Assembly: GCA_963729045.1 (NCBI GenBank)
Contig: CAVSMN010000018.1
Location: forward strand, 32,001-96,000
DNA: 64,000 nt
Reading direction: 5' to 3'
Source of the DNA: an uncultured Nitrososphaeraceae archaeon
Lineage (GTDB): Archaea > Thermoproteota > Nitrososphaeria > Nitrososphaerales > Nitrososphaeraceae
The number at the start of each line of letters is the position of its first letter. The stretch's first letter is position 1. A program made the position numbers and the translations under genes. Below the pieces are notes generated by a model. It had not been told where the DNA came from. It was given only the letters and a program-made list of their open reading frames with translations, and ran no database searches. Shown one piece after another: positions 63,124-64,000 of this stretch.

Positions 63124-63435
63124 CTAGGATTTGTTTTTTCTGGATTTTTGTATTTTATCTTTTACTTCTTTAAAAGCCTCCATGTTTACCTCTAAATAAG
63201 TTGATATAAAGTACAAAATACCATATTTTTCTCCTTCCTTTGTAATTAGATTATTTTTTTCTAAAACGTGTATATGGTGTTGTATAGCCTTGTAGTCAAT
63301 TTTGATAATATCCGATAATTGATTGATATTGTATGGTTGTTCAATTAGCAATTCTATTATAGATATTCGATTCATGCCACCCCTTGACCCTGCAAATAAA
63401 AACCAAAACAGTTTCTTAGCGTTAGGGTCGGCCAT
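63124..63435 (-). CDS. ArsR-like winged-helix transcriptional regulator
   Basis: LFWFLFAGSRGG.NR..II..L...P.N.NQLS..I..DYKAIQHHI.VLEKNNLI...G.KYG..YF. Confidence 0.9.
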   Translation of the reverse strand: MADPNAKKLFWFLFAGSRGGMNRISIIELLIEQPYNINQLSDIIKIDYKAIQHHIHVLEKNNLITKEGEKYGILYFISTYLEVNMEAFKEVKDKIQKSRKNKS

Positions 63436-63636
63436 TATCCATCTTATTTTTGATTAAGCATCTAATAGATACTCTAGATAATAAGTTTGACATATTTAGT
63501 ATTGATAATCAAATTCAGATTAGAGCAGTTCTCATCCATGAGTATTGAGTTCCTTGCAATAACAGAATCATGTATAAGCAATTTACAACTGATTTGACAT
63601 TAGGTTTTGGTCTAAAGTTTTAACCATGGCAAGTTA

Positions 63637-63999
63637 TTATCTAACCGCCAAAGCCCAAGGATGTTGTAAACGATATTCCTTAGGCCAAGGAATGTCTAAT
63701 ATATTCCACGATATTCCAGAATCTTCAGAGCAATATATACCTCTATTATTCAAACAATAGAATTCATCCTTGATCTTGGGATTAGATTGAAGAATAGAAA
63801 TTACTGTTCCCTTTGATTCAGGTAAACCACTATTAGACAAAACCCATTCTTGATTTTCTTCGTCAGAATCACGTCTATATACAAAAGTCTCTAGATCTTC
63901 TATGGCGTGTGACTTCCAAGCATTACTAGCTGCCGATACTATAATATTATAAGGGTTATCAGAATTTACTGCAACACTATAAAGATAAGTATGATTTTC
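63637..63999 (-). CDS. BNR/Asp-box beta-propeller protein, partial (5' end outside the window)
   Basis: Frame open to the window edge: YLYSVAVNSDNP...GLP...GIYCSEDSGISW Asp-box. Confidence 0.75.
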   Translation of the reverse strand, partial: ENHTYLYSVAVNSDNPYNIIVSAASNAWKSHAIEDLETFVYRRDSDEENQEWVLSNSGLPESKGTVISILQSNPKIKDEFYCLNNRGIYCSEDSGISWNILDIPWPKEYRLQHPWALAVR

Positions 64000-64000
64000 T

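Overview
AT-rich archaeal chromosomal window. Gene content, TATA-type and often leaderless starts, frequent TTG/GTG starts and the gene families point to an ammonia-oxidising archaeon of the Nitrososphaeraceae (Ca. Nitrosocosmicus-like); this assignment is inference. It is accessory territory with about 60 CDS, and I saw no rRNA, intact tRNA, CRISPR array or intact transposase. Highlights: (1) a complete bacterial-type NHEJ pair (Ku plus a single-chain PE-LIG-POL LigD), with an additional ATP-dependent ligase, a Nei-type glycosylase, an EEP nuclease and a DinG/XPD-like helicase in the same window; (2) a likely redox/envelope regulon at 59-63.4 kb (cupin, DM13, DipZ-like thioredoxin, CcdA, membrane protein, ArsR-like HTH) whose four promoters each carry a tandem 11-bp TTCCAnATyTA repeat just upstream of the TATA box, plus an unannotated 30-aa ORF coupled to ccdA; (3) a 517-bp apparently identical duplication encoding a secreted Q/S/N-rich two-repeat protein reminiscent of functional amyloids; (4) a cbtBA cobalt-uptake locus with a divergent wHTH protein and a ChuX/HutX-like protein; (5) at least eight genes broken by single-base indels, mostly +1, which may be sequencing artefacts or real lesions; (6) several unannotated microproteins. 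All family calls come from motif recognition by eye; no searches were run.
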